DNA of 64,000 nucleotides from Oceanispirochaeta sp. (GCA_963666275.2 CAXXOA010000003.1:42653-106652), one strand, 5' to 3'. Positions 34,645-43,565 are shown, counted from the stretch's first letter. Translations and numbers: made by a program. The notes: generated by a model not told the origin, from the sequence alone.

Positions 34645-35538
34645 TTATGCTTGTCTTGTAACTTCTATATTGGCTATTTTTTCGTAGAATTTCACAATGC
34701 TTGAGTGATCTTCCACGCCGCAGCCATCCTGTTTGATCGCCTGCATCATTTCCATAGCCTGTGCTGCCAGGGGAAGGGGAACTCCAACATCTCTGGAAGT
34801 TTCCAGTGCATTAGCCATGTCTTTGATGTGAAGATCGATTCTGAATCCGGGTTTGAAATTTCTGTCCATCATCATGGGGGCTTTTGCATCCATAACGGTA
34901 CTTCCAGCCAGTCCTCCCCGAATTGCCTGGTAAACCAGATCGGGATCAACACCGGCTTTTTTAGCCAGAACCATAGCTTCCGATACAGCGGCAATGTTCA
35001 GGGCTACCACTACCTGGTTACAGAGTTTTGTTGTATTTCCCGCACCGATGTTTCCAACATAGACGACTGATCCGGCCATGATATCAAGGATATCTTTATA
35101 CTTTTCGAAAACTTCTTTTTTGTCTCCGCCGACCATAACTGCCAGGGTTCCGTCAATAGCTTTGGGCTCTCCGCCTGATACGGGAGCATCCAGCATATCC
35201 ATACCTTTTTCAGCAAGTCCCTTGGCGACTTCCTGAGAAGCTCCGGGGGCAATGGAACTCATGTCGATCAGGGTTTTTCCGGGGGCAGCTGCTTCAATCA
35301 GTCCGTTTTCTCCCAGTGCAACAGTTTTTACATGAGGAGAGTTGGGAAGCATGGTAATGACCAGGTCAACCTGTTTCAGAACTTCTGCCGGGTTGGATGC
35401 TGAAGCTGCTCCTGCACTTTCCAGATCTGCGACTGCTTCTTTATTGAAGTCTACAACGATAAGTTCATGACCTGCTTTAATCAGGTTTTTGGCCATGGGT
35501 CTTCCCATGATCCCCAATCCTATAAATCCGATCTTCAT
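34645..35538 (-). CDS. garR: 2-hydroxy-3-oxopropionate (tartronate semialdehyde) reductase
   Basis: The ORF extends to 35649; ATG 35538 gives 297 aa starting MKIGFIGLGIMGRPMAKNL (Rossmann GxGxxG). It belongs to the beta-hydroxyacid dehydrogenase family, and its context is with gudD/garD. Confidence 0.85.
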   Translation of the reverse strand: MKIGFIGLGIMGRPMAKNLIKAGHELIVVDFNKEAVADLESAGAASASNPAEVLKQVDLVITMLPNSPHVKTVALGENGLIEAAAPGKTLIDMSSIAPGASQEVAKGLAEKGMDMLDAPVSGGEPKAIDGTLAVMVGGDKKEVFEKYKDILDIMAGSVVYVGNIGAGNTTKLCNQVVVALNIAAVSEAMVLAKKAGVDPDLVYQAIRGGLAGSTVMDAKAPMMMDRNFKPGFRIDLHIKDMANALETSRDVGVPLPLAAQAMEMMQAIKQDGCGVEDHSSIVKFYEKIANIEVTRQA

Positions 35539-35593
35539 AATAAATCCTACCTCTATAATATTATTTTGTTTGTCTATTCTTAATACTGGGTTT

Positions 35594-36493
35594 TCAGTCC
35601 AGCATTCCCATCTGTTTAAGAACGCCTCTGGCTTTCTCAACAGTTTCATCGCTTACATAAGACACCGGCCTGACCGGTTTGCCCGCTTTAACACCCAGGA
35701 TATTGAGCATCACTTTCATCATGACCGGGAAAGTTCCCATTCCATAGGCATCTCTCAGGGGCATCAGAGCCTTCTGGGCATTCAGGGCACCAAGATGATC
35801 GCCCCGGGAGTAGTGATCGTAAATATCCACTACCAGACGAGGGGCCACATTGGCTGTTCCCGCAACACTTCCTGCGCCTCCATGGCAGAGGGTCGCATAG
35901 ATGTAGTAGTCAATCCCGCCGAAGACGCCGAAATCTTCCCTGTGGGAGGTGGCTTCGATGTATTTCAGGGTTTGGCTAAAGTCCATGGAGGTGTTTTTAA
36001 TTCCTACTATGTTGTCAATTTCCGCTAGTTTCCCCAGCAGGCCCGGGCTGATGTTGTTATTGGTTTTGCCCGGATTGTTGTAGAGCAGAACCGGGAGATT
36101 ACAGCTTTTTGCCACTGTGGCAAAATGGTTGTACAACTCATCTTCTGTGGGTGTGATAAACATAGGCGTCAGTACTGTCAGGGCATCTGCGCCGGCTTTT
36201 TCTGCCATCTCGGCTAACTTTATGCTTTCTTTGGTGGTTATCGCCGAAGCGCCCGCATAAACGGGAACTTTTTTATTCACCTCTTCGACTGTTGTTTCTA
36301 CTGTCTTTTTCTGGTTTTCAAAATCAAACGCGTAAAACTCTCCGTTACTGGCATTGGCCAGAACTCCGTGCACTCCGCCATCCAGTACGTGCTGAATGAC
36401 CTCTTTCAATCCTTCCGGATCCACATTTTCATGTTCATCAACGGTGGTTACAATGGGAGGAATGATTCCATTCAAGGCAACATCATATTTCAA
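35594..36493 (-). CDS. DapA/HBPHA-family class I aldolase or dehydratase (candidate 5-dehydro-4-deoxyglucarate aldolase or dehydratase)
   Basis: The ORF extends to TTG 36514; the internal TTG 36493 lies 9 nt after AGGAGA. Family blocks: GVLANASNGEFYAF, LLYNNPGKT, and the Schiff-base Lys context IVGIKNTS. Confidence 0.8.
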   Translation of the reverse strand: MKYDVALNGIIPPIVTTVDEHENVDPEGLKEVIQHVLDGGVHGVLANASNGEFYAFDFENQKKTVETTVEEVNKKVPVYAGASAITTKESIKLAEMAEKAGADALTVLTPMFITPTEDELYNHFATVAKSCNLPVLLYNNPGKTNNNISPGLLGKLAEIDNIVGIKNTSMDFSQTLKYIEATSHREDFGVFGGIDYYIYATLCHGGAGSVAGTANVAPRLVVDIYDHYSRGDHLGALNAQKALMPLRDAYGMGTFPVMMKVMLNILGVKAGKPVRPVSYVSDETVEKARGVLKQMGMLD

Positions 36494-36650
36494 TTTGGTT
36501 GTTCTCCTGTCCAAATATTTACGACTTAATACAATTTAAAGCAGATAAAAATAGATGCTCCTTTCAGAGCTTTTTATCTTCAATCTATAATTATTTAACC
36601 ATCTGTTTTACCAGAGCGATATGGTTCAAGGATATTAAAAGAATAGAATT

Positions 36651-36671
36651 TTTTGTGCAAACTGCACAAAA
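36651..36671. promoter_or_regulatory. Palindrome TTTTGTGCA-AAC-TGCACAAAA upstream of the diacid operon, overlapping a candidate -35 (minus strand TTGCAC-17 nt-TAATAT)
   Basis: The arms are a perfect 9-bp repeat. It is located ~160 bp upstream of the DapA-family gene start, between that gene and cdaR. Confidence 0.45.
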
Positions 36672-36885
36672 GCCAGAGATAGATATCCTGTTCATGCCTT
36701 TATCTCTGCTTCTGTCAGAGAATCTGGGAGATTCCTGCATTACCCGTATTCATCCCGGTTCATAAGCTTTCGGGGGAATACAGGACGAGATGGGATTATA
36801 GTGAGTGATTATGCTACGGTAGAGAAAGCCGGGGATTTATACAGAAAGGATCCTATAGTTCATTTATAGCAATTGTTATGACGGT

Positions 36886-38031
36886 TCAGTACTTCTCCAG
36901 ATAATGGGCCAGTTCATTCAGAAGCTCCCTGTCCGAGCCAATCACAAGGGGGTCAATATTCAGAGTGCTTTTTAGTTTGTTCAGCCTGAAAGTGATGGTA
37001 TTTCTGTGAACGTGCAGATCTTTACTGGTGTTGACCAGATTGTAGTTGTTCGCATCCAGAGCTTTAATGGTCTCTACCATAACCTGCTTTTCCTCATTCT
37101 GGAACAGGGCATGGAAAGCTGAGAAGATGTCGTTATAGAGTTTCATAGTAACTGAGTTACGGATATAGTCCTGTATGTGATCCAGGAAAAAAACTACCTT
37201 ACTGATTTTCCCCAGTATGGGATGGAGGGCTATCTGCTGGGCATGGTGATAGGAGGTCCGGAACATATCCAGCTGTGTCTGCAGACTGCCCACATAATAC
37301 TTCAGATCGTTTTCTCCCAGGTCTATGGGAAGTCTCTCTTCCATATCCCATATATACTGAAAAATCTGATCTTTATAGTTTCTTATCCCGTCATTTATGT
37401 TTTCATTCAGGTTCTTCAGAATAATGATGTCATCATTACGGCCTTTTAATGCAATCCCTTTCCGGTAGGTTTCATTTCCTGAAGCTATGGTTCTTAAAAC
37501 CATATCCCGGTCTATACGGGTAGAACAGCGGACAATAATCATTGTAATCAGTTTGGAACACTCAATATTGTACTGTTCGTAAAGCCTGGTCGCTTCTTCC
37601 AGGTTGTAATCTTCTTCAAAAAGGATGTAATGGAGGAATTTCTCTGCACTGCCCAGGGCCCGCTGATTCTTTGCCATCTTTATTTCATAGGAGAGCATGG
37701 TTTCCATGGAAGTCTTTACAAATCCTGCAAAACTCTGAACATTTTCCGGTTCACCTGTCACACAGATCACTCCGATATGCTTCTCTTTATAATCAATGAA
37801 CATATTGATACCCGGTTTTGTACCTATGTAATTATCGTCTTTTGTTACAACACCGGACTCCCTTTTGCCGGATAGCATGGCATAGGCCACTTCGTGAAAA
37901 TCTCCAATCCGTGAGCTGTCTTTGCTGGCGATAATAATACCTTCATGATTCATGATATTTACATTGTAGGGAAGGTTTTTAACTGTCTTCTGGATAAACT
38001 GCTGGGCAAATTCAGGTGTCAGTATTGCCAT
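36886..38031 (-). CDS. cdaR: Sugar-diacid regulator CdaR (diacid-recognition domain + PucR-type C-terminal HTH)
   Basis: The ORF extends to 38064; ATG 38031 (AAAGGAG SD) gives 381 aa. The N-terminus AQQFIQKTVKNLPYNVNIMNHEGIIIASKDSSRIGDFHEVA parallels E. coli CdaR. The C-terminal HTH is LHVHRNTITFRLNKL. Confidence 0.88.
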   Translation of the reverse strand: MAILTPEFAQQFIQKTVKNLPYNVNIMNHEGIIIASKDSSRIGDFHEVAYAMLSGKRESGVVTKDDNYIGTKPGINMFIDYKEKHIGVICVTGEPENVQSFAGFVKTSMETMLSYEIKMAKNQRALGSAEKFLHYILFEEDYNLEEATRLYEQYNIECSKLITMIIVRCSTRIDRDMVLRTIASGNETYRKGIALKGRNDDIIILKNLNENINDGIRNYKDQIFQYIWDMEERLPIDLGENDLKYYVGSLQTQLDMFRTSYHHAQQIALHPILGKISKVVFFLDHIQDYIRNSVTMKLYNDIFSAFHALFQNEEKQVMVETIKALDANNYNLVNTSKDLHVHRNTITFRLNKLKSTLNIDPLVIGSDRELLNELAHYLEKY

Positions 38032-38143
38032 GAATACTCCTTTACTGGACTTTAAAACTAGCACTTCCGCCTCTTAGCTGTCAAACCTGTCTGTCCTTTT
38101 CTACATCATTTCAATATTTTCCAAAATAGGAGAAAAGCGATAA

Positions 38144-38166
38144 AACTAGTTGAAATTAACACTAGT
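38144..38166. promoter_or_regulatory. Two ACTAGT-centred palindromes (AACTAGTT at 38144-38151; ACTAGT at 38161-38166) flanking a TTGAAA -35; candidate MarR operator
   Basis: Read directly in the cdaR-marR divergent region, 20-40 nt upstream of the marR ATG. Confidence 0.4.
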
Positions 38167-38184
38167 TAGTATTATGTTTCAGGT

Positions 38185-38631
38185 ATGAGTAAAATATCCT
38201 ATGGAAAGGACCAGGATCTGGATCTGAAGCTTGTCATCGCTTTGACCCGGAGTGTCCAGCATGTAAGAAAAAATGAATCCCCCCTGTTTCAGCAGTACGG
38301 TCTGACCATATCCCAGTTCGGTGTCATGGAAATCCTCTATCATAAAGGAGATCTGAGGGTCTGTGAGATCATCGAAAAAGCCCTCTCCACCGGAGGGAAT
38401 ATGACAGTGGTGATACAGAATCTTGTCAAAGAGGGATGGATCACCAGGCAGAGAGATCCTGCAGACGGGCGGGCCTGGATTATTCACCTGTCTGAAAAAG
38501 GGCATGATCTGATGGGAAGGATGTTCCCGGAGCACGCGGACAATATCAGCCGGATTATGGGAAACCTGGAGGGGCAGGAAAAGGAGGTGCTCCTGGGACT
38601 GCTGAAAAAGCTGACGGGAAAAGAGTCCTGA
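38185..38631 (+). CDS. MarR-family transcriptional regulator
   Basis: 148 aa. It has a winged-helix core (GLTISQFGVMEILYHKGDLRVCEIIEKALSTGGNMTVVIQNLVKEGWITRQRDPADGRA). Confidence 0.9.
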   Translation: MSKISYGKDQDLDLKLVIALTRSVQHVRKNESPLFQQYGLTISQFGVMEILYHKGDLRVCEIIEKALSTGGNMTVVIQNLVKEGWITRQRDPADGRAWIIHLSEKGHDLMGRMFPEHADNISRIMGNLEGQEKEVLLGLLKKLTGKES

Positions 38632-38782
38632 AAGCAAGTTAATACCTGTATGTATTTTATATCTACGTAAGAATGACTTTTTTTATCAATCAGAGGAGTT
38701 TTTACACTCATCATCTTCTGTTCGGGAGATCTTCCTATTATAATGAGGGACAATATCAATAAAAATCTCAGGAGGTTTTTCA

Positions 38783-40051
38783 ATGCTGCCCTCAGTCAAT
38801 CCGCTGGTTCTGAATCTCAAGGAATCGGCAACTCTCCTTATCAATAATGCTATTAAAGAATTAAGAGCCCAGGGAAAGGATGTTTCCCATTTCGGTTTCG
38901 GACAGGCCGCCTTTCCTGTGCCGGAGCTTCTTGTGAACGCCCTGAGGGAGGCCGCCGAGGAAAACTCCTACCTTCCCACCCAGGGGCTGCCGGCGCTGAG
39001 GGAGGCGGTCTGCGGCTTTCTCAAAGATGAGTTTTCCCTGGAGTACCGCGCGGATGATGTGTTTATCGGTCCGGGGAGCAAGGAGCTGATTTTTCAGATC
39101 AGCTATATGATCGAAGGGGTCCTTCTGGCGCCGGCCCCCAGCTGGGTCAGTTACGGACCTCAGGCCACCCTGAGGGGGAAGAAACTGGTGCCTATCGAAA
39201 CCCAGCGGGAAAATGCCTATAAACTGACCCCCCGGGAGCTGGACAGGGCCTGTCATCAGCTGGCTCAGGAACAGAAACTCCTGATCCTGAATAACCCCAA
39301 CAATCCAACCGGAGCGGTCTATTCTGAAGAGGAGCTCAAGGAGCTGGCTGACATCTGCCGGGCCTATAATGTTCTTGTCATTTCCGATGAGATCTACGCC
39401 ATGATTGATTTTACTGGAAACCCTCATGCCAGCATTGCCCGGTACTACCCGGAAGGAACCATCATTTCCACGGGACTTTCCAAAGCTTTTGCCGCCGGAG
39501 GATACCGCATCGGCGCTATGATCATTCCTCCCTCTCTGGATGTCCTGAAGGGAGCCCTGAAGTCCATTATCAGTGAAACCTTCAGCGCCGTGAGTGCGCC
39601 CATTCAGTATGCGGCCCTGCAGGCCTATGAAAAATTTGATCAGATAAAACCGGAAATACAAAAAAATACGGAGATCTATCAGTACGCTTCGCGCTATTTA
39701 TGGTCCCGGTTCCTTGAAATGGGACTGAACTGTCCCAAGCCCCAGGGAGCCTTCTACCTCTTTCCTGATTTTGAGCCTTTCAGGGAGAAACTCCGGGCAA
39801 AGGGAATCCTTACGGGCATTCAGCTGGCCGATGATCTACTGAAAACGAAGGGTGTGGCTTTTCTGCCGGGATCGGATTTCTATTTCCCCGCCACCAATCT
39901 GGGTGTCCGGGTGGCTTCTGTGGATTTTAACGGAAAGATGGTCAGGGACAGCTGGCCCGGAGGCAAACTGACAGATGAGCAGCTGAAAGAGTTTTTCCCC
40001 AACCTTGTGAAAGGATGCGACAGGCTCCAGTCGTATCTGGAAGAAATATAA
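38783..40051 (+). CDS. PLP-dependent aminotransferase, class I/II
   Basis: 422 aa with an AGGAGG SD. Blocks: NNPNNPTGAVYS, VISDEIYA and GLSKAFAAGGYRIG (PLP-Lys). Confidence 0.9.
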   Translation: MLPSVNPLVLNLKESATLLINNAIKELRAQGKDVSHFGFGQAAFPVPELLVNALREAAEENSYLPTQGLPALREAVCGFLKDEFSLEYRADDVFIGPGSKELIFQISYMIEGVLLAPAPSWVSYGPQATLRGKKLVPIETQRENAYKLTPRELDRACHQLAQEQKLLILNNPNNPTGAVYSEEELKELADICRAYNVLVISDEIYAMIDFTGNPHASIARYYPEGTIISTGLSKAFAAGGYRIGAMIIPPSLDVLKGALKSIISETFSAVSAPIQYAALQAYEKFDQIKPEIQKNTEIYQYASRYLWSRFLEMGLNCPKPQGAFYLFPDFEPFREKLRAKGILTGIQLADDLLKTKGVAFLPGSDFYFPATNLGVRVASVDFNGKMVRDSWPGGKLTDEQLKEFFPNLVKGCDRLQSYLEEI

Positions 40052-40081
40052 AAAAAAGCCCCGGAGCCGAATTTCCCTATC

Positions 40082-40112
40082 CCCGAAACAGTCAAGTTTC
40101 GGGTTTTTTTTT
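40082..40112 (+). terminator. Rho-independent terminator after the aminotransferase gene
   Basis: CCCGAAAC-agtcaa-GTTTCGGG followed by T9. Confidence 0.85.
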
Positions 40113-40213
40113 CTTATTAGGCCATTATTGATGACTGTCCTAGTATTTATTATATATAATGTAAGATATTACAAAATGTAAGATTTTATAAAGAGTGTAA
40201 AAACGGGGAGTCA

Positions 40214-42211
40214 ATGAAATTTTCAGATTTATCAATTGCCATCAGACTAATAGGAGGGTTTCTAATCTTAGCTTTTCTGGTCGCTTGCGCATCAGTTACA
40301 GGAATTGTGGTCTCCAGGCGGCTGGATACAGAGCTTGATATCGTTTTACATGAAAAAATGCCTTTTAAAGATATCAGTATGGAAGCTATTATTTCAGCTT
40401 TGCTCACAAGAGATGCTGCTGCAGAGTATCAGTTGAATACAGAGAATCTGGACTCTATAGAGAGTGATGTTCTCGAATATGAAAAGGATTTTTATATGTG
40501 GACCGACCTGATCCTTTTCGGGTCTGAAAGTGAGCAGTTCAGAAACAGTGACTCCGGAGTTATGTATAAGCGGGATCAGATGACATTAAACAATCCTGCT
40601 GGTACTGCGGAAATGCAGCAGATAGCAAACCAGGCTCAGCTACATCATCGGGCTATGATTGAGGCGGTGGGTGAAATGATGAGTGCTCACAGGGAGAAGC
40701 TGAAGTATGATATCTCTGTTGCGGGAAAGTATTATGATATCGGAAACTGGATCATGCAGAAAGAAATCGATCATCTTCGCTGGGTGGATGAACTTTCATC
40801 GGCTATTGCGGAAGGTAAGGAGTTCAACGCAGAGCTGGATCCTCAGAAATGTTCATTCGGTCAATGGTACTACTCCTATTCCGTTGATGATCCCGAGTTG
40901 ATGAGACTGCTAAGCAAAGCAGAAGAGCCTCATATGGAGCTGCATCGTCTGGGAAGCCGGATCAATTCAGATTTCAATCGTATAAACAGAGACAGAATCT
41001 ATGCAGATCAGGTCGTCCCTGTCATCAGTGAAATCAAAACTGTTTTCCGGGATTTCAGGAATTATGTAAATCCGATTATTCAAGAGTTTGCTCTGTTAGA
41101 AGCCAGTTTGATGGAACAGGTAGATGAAGAGTCTGAGTTCCTGATCAGTGCCCTGGATGCATTGGAAGTCCTTACGGATTCTGAAATGAATAAGGCTATG
41201 GAGATTGCTGACCGGGTCAGTATTTCAGGAATAAGACTTCTGACTCTGATTGGGGGACTTTGTGTTCTTCTGGCAGTCCTTCTGGGACTGTTCCTGTCCC
41301 GGGGGATCATCCATCCTCTCAGATCACAGGTCAACTATGCCAGGGAAATCGCCCGGGGAAATCTATCTGCGGAAAACCCAATAGAACAGAGGGATGAAAT
41401 TGGACAGGTTGCTGATTCTCTTAAAAGTATGGGGCTTCGTCTGACAGCTATTATTCAGGAAATACTCAAGGGAGCGGATAATGTTTCAGCAGGGAGTAGC
41501 CAATTGAGCGAAACATCCCAGATTCTTTCCCAGGGGGCTGCCGAGCAGGCTTCCTCTGCTGAAGAAATCTCTTCCTCTCTGGAACAGATGAATGCCAGTA
41601 TTGATCAGAATGTCCAGGTATCGGATGAGACAATGACCCTTTCTGGAGAAGCATCGGATATGATCGAAAGAAGCGGAATCGCTGTAGATGAAACTGTTCA
41701 GGCCATGAAAACGATAGTTGATAAGATTTCCATTATCGACGAAATCGCCCGGCAGACCAATATGCTGTCTCTTAATGCGGCCATTGAAGCAGCAAGGGCC
41801 GGTGATTCGGGAAGGGGATTTGCCGTGGTGGCTTCAGAGGTGAGAAAATTGGCTGTCAGAAGTACCGAAGCGGCAGATGAGATTTCCAGGCTGTCACAAA
41901 ACAGCATTAATCTGGCAGATAACACAGGGCGTCTTATGCAGGAAGCAGTTCCGAAAATCCGAAAGACGAATCAGATGATCCAGGAAATAGCTGCTACGGG
42001 AAGTGAACAAAGAAGTGGAGCAGAACAGATCCTCAGAGCGGTGAATCAACTTGATATGGTTATTCAGCAGAATGCCTCATCTTCTGAAGAATCGGCTTCC
42101 ATGTCGGAAGAGCTTTCCGCTCAGGCTGAAAACCTGAAGAAACAACTATCTTTTTTTACTGTTAAAGAGTCAAAAAGTCTTTTACTTGATAACCCGGGTT
42201 CAGGCTTTTAA
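40214..42211 (+). CDS. Methyl-accepting chemotaxis protein with an extracytoplasmic sensor containing a CZB (chemoreceptor zinc-binding) motif, HAMP and MA domains
   Basis: 665 aa. TM1 is at ~res 10-33 and TM2 at ~338-362. Between them lies HLRW...CSFGQW...HMELH (H187, C213, H240, H244). A HAMP domain follows TM2, and the signalling hairpin is [37 protein letters not shown]. Confidence 0.92.
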   Translation: MKFSDLSIAIRLIGGFLILAFLVACASVTGIVVSRRLDTELDIVLHEKMPFKDISMEAIISALLTRDAAAEYQLNTENLDSIESDVLEYEKDFYMWTDLILFGSESEQFRNSDSGVMYKRDQMTLNNPAGTAEMQQIANQAQLHHRAMIEAVGEMMSAHREKLKYDISVAGKYYDIGNWIMQKEIDHLRWVDELSSAIAEGKEFNAELDPQKCSFGQWYYSYSVDDPELMRLLSKAEEPHMELHRLGSRINSDFNRINRDRIYADQVVPVISEIKTVFRDFRNYVNPIIQEFALLEASLMEQVDEESEFLISALDALEVLTDSEMNKAMEIADRVSISGIRLLTLIGGLCVLLAVLLGLFLSRGIIHPLRSQVNYAREIARGNLSAENPIEQRDEIGQVADSLKSMGLRLTAIIQEILKGADNVSAGSSQLSETSQILSQGAAEQASSAEEISSSLEQMNASIDQNVQVSDETMTLSGEASDMIERSGIAVDETVQAMKTIVDKISIIDEIARQTNMLSLNAAIEAARAGDSGRGFAVVASEVRKLAVRSTEAADEISRLSQNSINLADNTGRLMQEAVPKIRKTNQMIQEIAATGSEQRSGAEQILRAVNQLDMVIQQNASSSEESASMSEELSAQAENLKKQLSFFTVKESKSLLLDNPGSGF

Positions 42212-42223
42212 GAAATTATTAAA

Positions 42224-42288
42224 CAAAAAAAGCCCCGGAGCCGAACTGTTTTTGGGATGGGAAGATCCGGCTCCGGGGCAGAAAAAAC
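42224..42288. terminator. Long hairpin between the convergent MCP and hypothetical genes
   Basis: 12-bp stem GCCCCGGAGCCG (42232-42243) / CGGCTCCGGGGC (42268-42279) with a 24-nt loop, flanked by A-runs on both sides. It reads as a canonical terminator on the minus strand. Confidence 0.6.
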
Positions 42289-42292
42289 AACA

Positions 42293-42820
42293 CTATTCCA
42301 GAAGGTTCTTATTCATTCCTACAAAGGTATCCACTATTATTGTCGCAGCTTCATCTACCAGATTGGTCTGCTCCTCCTCGGATAGTGATTCAGGGGTTAC
42401 AACTATTTTGAACAGAGGTGAGGTCTGTTTGATGGGACCTTCCTTGAAGTTCAGGCTTTTATCCACTTCGGCATAGTCTGCCAGTTCCACGTGTTCCAGT
42501 TCCAGAGATTCGGGGACATCCGTTCTGTAGCCGATGCTTGTATATTCCAGGGTCCTTTCTCCGAATTTCAGGGGACTTACGGAGATAAGAGAGCCCGAGT
42601 AGGTCAGGAATATGGCACCTCTTTCATCCGTGGGGTCGAAAATTCCAATCTCTTCCATACCCATTTCGATCATCTTGTTTTCAAAGATCTCTTTTTTCAG
42701 GAGCCAGCTATCCTGTAATTTCTGAGCCATATCCTCGTTAGGCTCCAGACCGAATTTCTCTGTGACTTCCGCCAGATGTTTTGCTATGGTATCGGGAACA
42801 TGCTGAATGACTGTATTCAT
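42293..42820 (-). CDS. Hypothetical protein, acidic, no recognised domain
   Basis: 175 aa. The coding-like ORF has a GGAGAG SD region and is convergent with the MCP gene. I recognised no motif. Confidence 0.6.
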   Translation of the reverse strand: MNTVIQHVPDTIAKHLAEVTEKFGLEPNEDMAQKLQDSWLLKKEIFENKMIEMGMEEIGIFDPTDERGAIFLTYSGSLISVSPLKFGERTLEYTSIGYRTDVPESLELEHVELADYAEVDKSLNFKEGPIKQTSPLFKIVVTPESLSEEEQTNLVDEAATIIVDTFVGMNKNLLE

Positions 42821-42965
42821 ATTGAACTCTCCTTTTAAAGGTTCTTTCAGGATCTTTCAAAAAGAAAACCCTGTTACTTGATATGCTTTTAAATATGGTT
42901 CCATTTTCAAAAAATGAGGATATGCTGTTTGGTATAATCCTGTTTTTGCTGTATCCTATGGGAAT

Positions 42966-43520
42966 ATGTCATGGTTTTTAGAAGGAAAACTCAAAGATAA
43001 CTCCCCCTGGTTTATCCCCCTGGATGAAAAGGGGTTCTCTATTGGCCGCAGCAGTTCCTGCGATCTTATCCTGAATGCCGCTTCGGTTTCCCGGAAGCAC
43101 AGTACCGTTGTTTTTATAGAGGAAGAACCCTATCTCTCTGACAGCAAAAGCCGGAATGGGACGTTTATTAACGGTTGCCGGGTGTATGATAAGACGCGTC
43201 TGAAAGAGGATGATATTGTCTGTTTCGGTACAGTGGAGTTTGTCCTCCGCTATCAGGACGAGGATAGCGAAGAGGAAAAGACTATCATTGATGAAGGATT
43301 GAGCAGTAAGAAGTCTTTTTCTGAAATCTATGGTATTTCCGAGCGGGAGGAGGAGGTCCTCTTTCTTCTGATCAAAGGTCTGAACATAAAGGATATCGGA
43401 GAGAAACTTTTCATTTCTCCCGGGACGGTAAAAAATCATGTCCTCAAGATCTACTCTAAAACCGGAGTCCACAGCCGGATAGAACTCTCCACACTGTATC
43501 AGGAAAAAGCCGGAGTCTGA
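42966..43520 (+). CDS. FHA-domain / LuxR(GerE)-type HTH fusion regulator
   Basis: 184 aa. It has an N-terminal FHA (FSIGRSSSCDLILNAASVSRKHSTVVF...SRNGTFING) and a C-terminal LuxR HTH (ISEREEEVLFLLIKGLNIKDIGEKLFISPGTVKNHVLKIYSKTGV). Confidence 0.88.
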   Translation: MSWFLEGKLKDNSPWFIPLDEKGFSIGRSSSCDLILNAASVSRKHSTVVFIEEEPYLSDSKSRNGTFINGCRVYDKTRLKEDDIVCFGTVEFVLRYQDEDSEEEKTIIDEGLSSKKSFSEIYGISEREEEVLFLLIKGLNIKDIGEKLFISPGTVKNHVLKIYSKTGVHSRIELSTLYQEKAGV

Positions 43521-43565
43521 TCGGTCGATCGGTTCTGAATGCTCTCTTATAACGCGGGTCTCTTG

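Noticed and set aside
36651-36671. A sigma-54 promoter reading of the CTGGC...TTTGCA sequence on the minus strand upstream of the diacid operon.
   Set aside because: The GG-to-GC spacing is 9 or 16 nt rather than the required 12. The sequence is therefore treated as a palindromic operator, not a -24/-12 promoter.
40052-42246. The 20-nt repeat AAAAAAAGCCCCGGAGCCGAA at 40052-40071 and 42225-42244 as a mobile or miniature inverted-repeat element.
   Set aside because: Both copies lie immediately after stop codons in terminator contexts, and there are no flanking target duplications or terminal inverted repeats. They are most simply related GC-rich terminator stems. It is kept only as a low-interest note in the findings.
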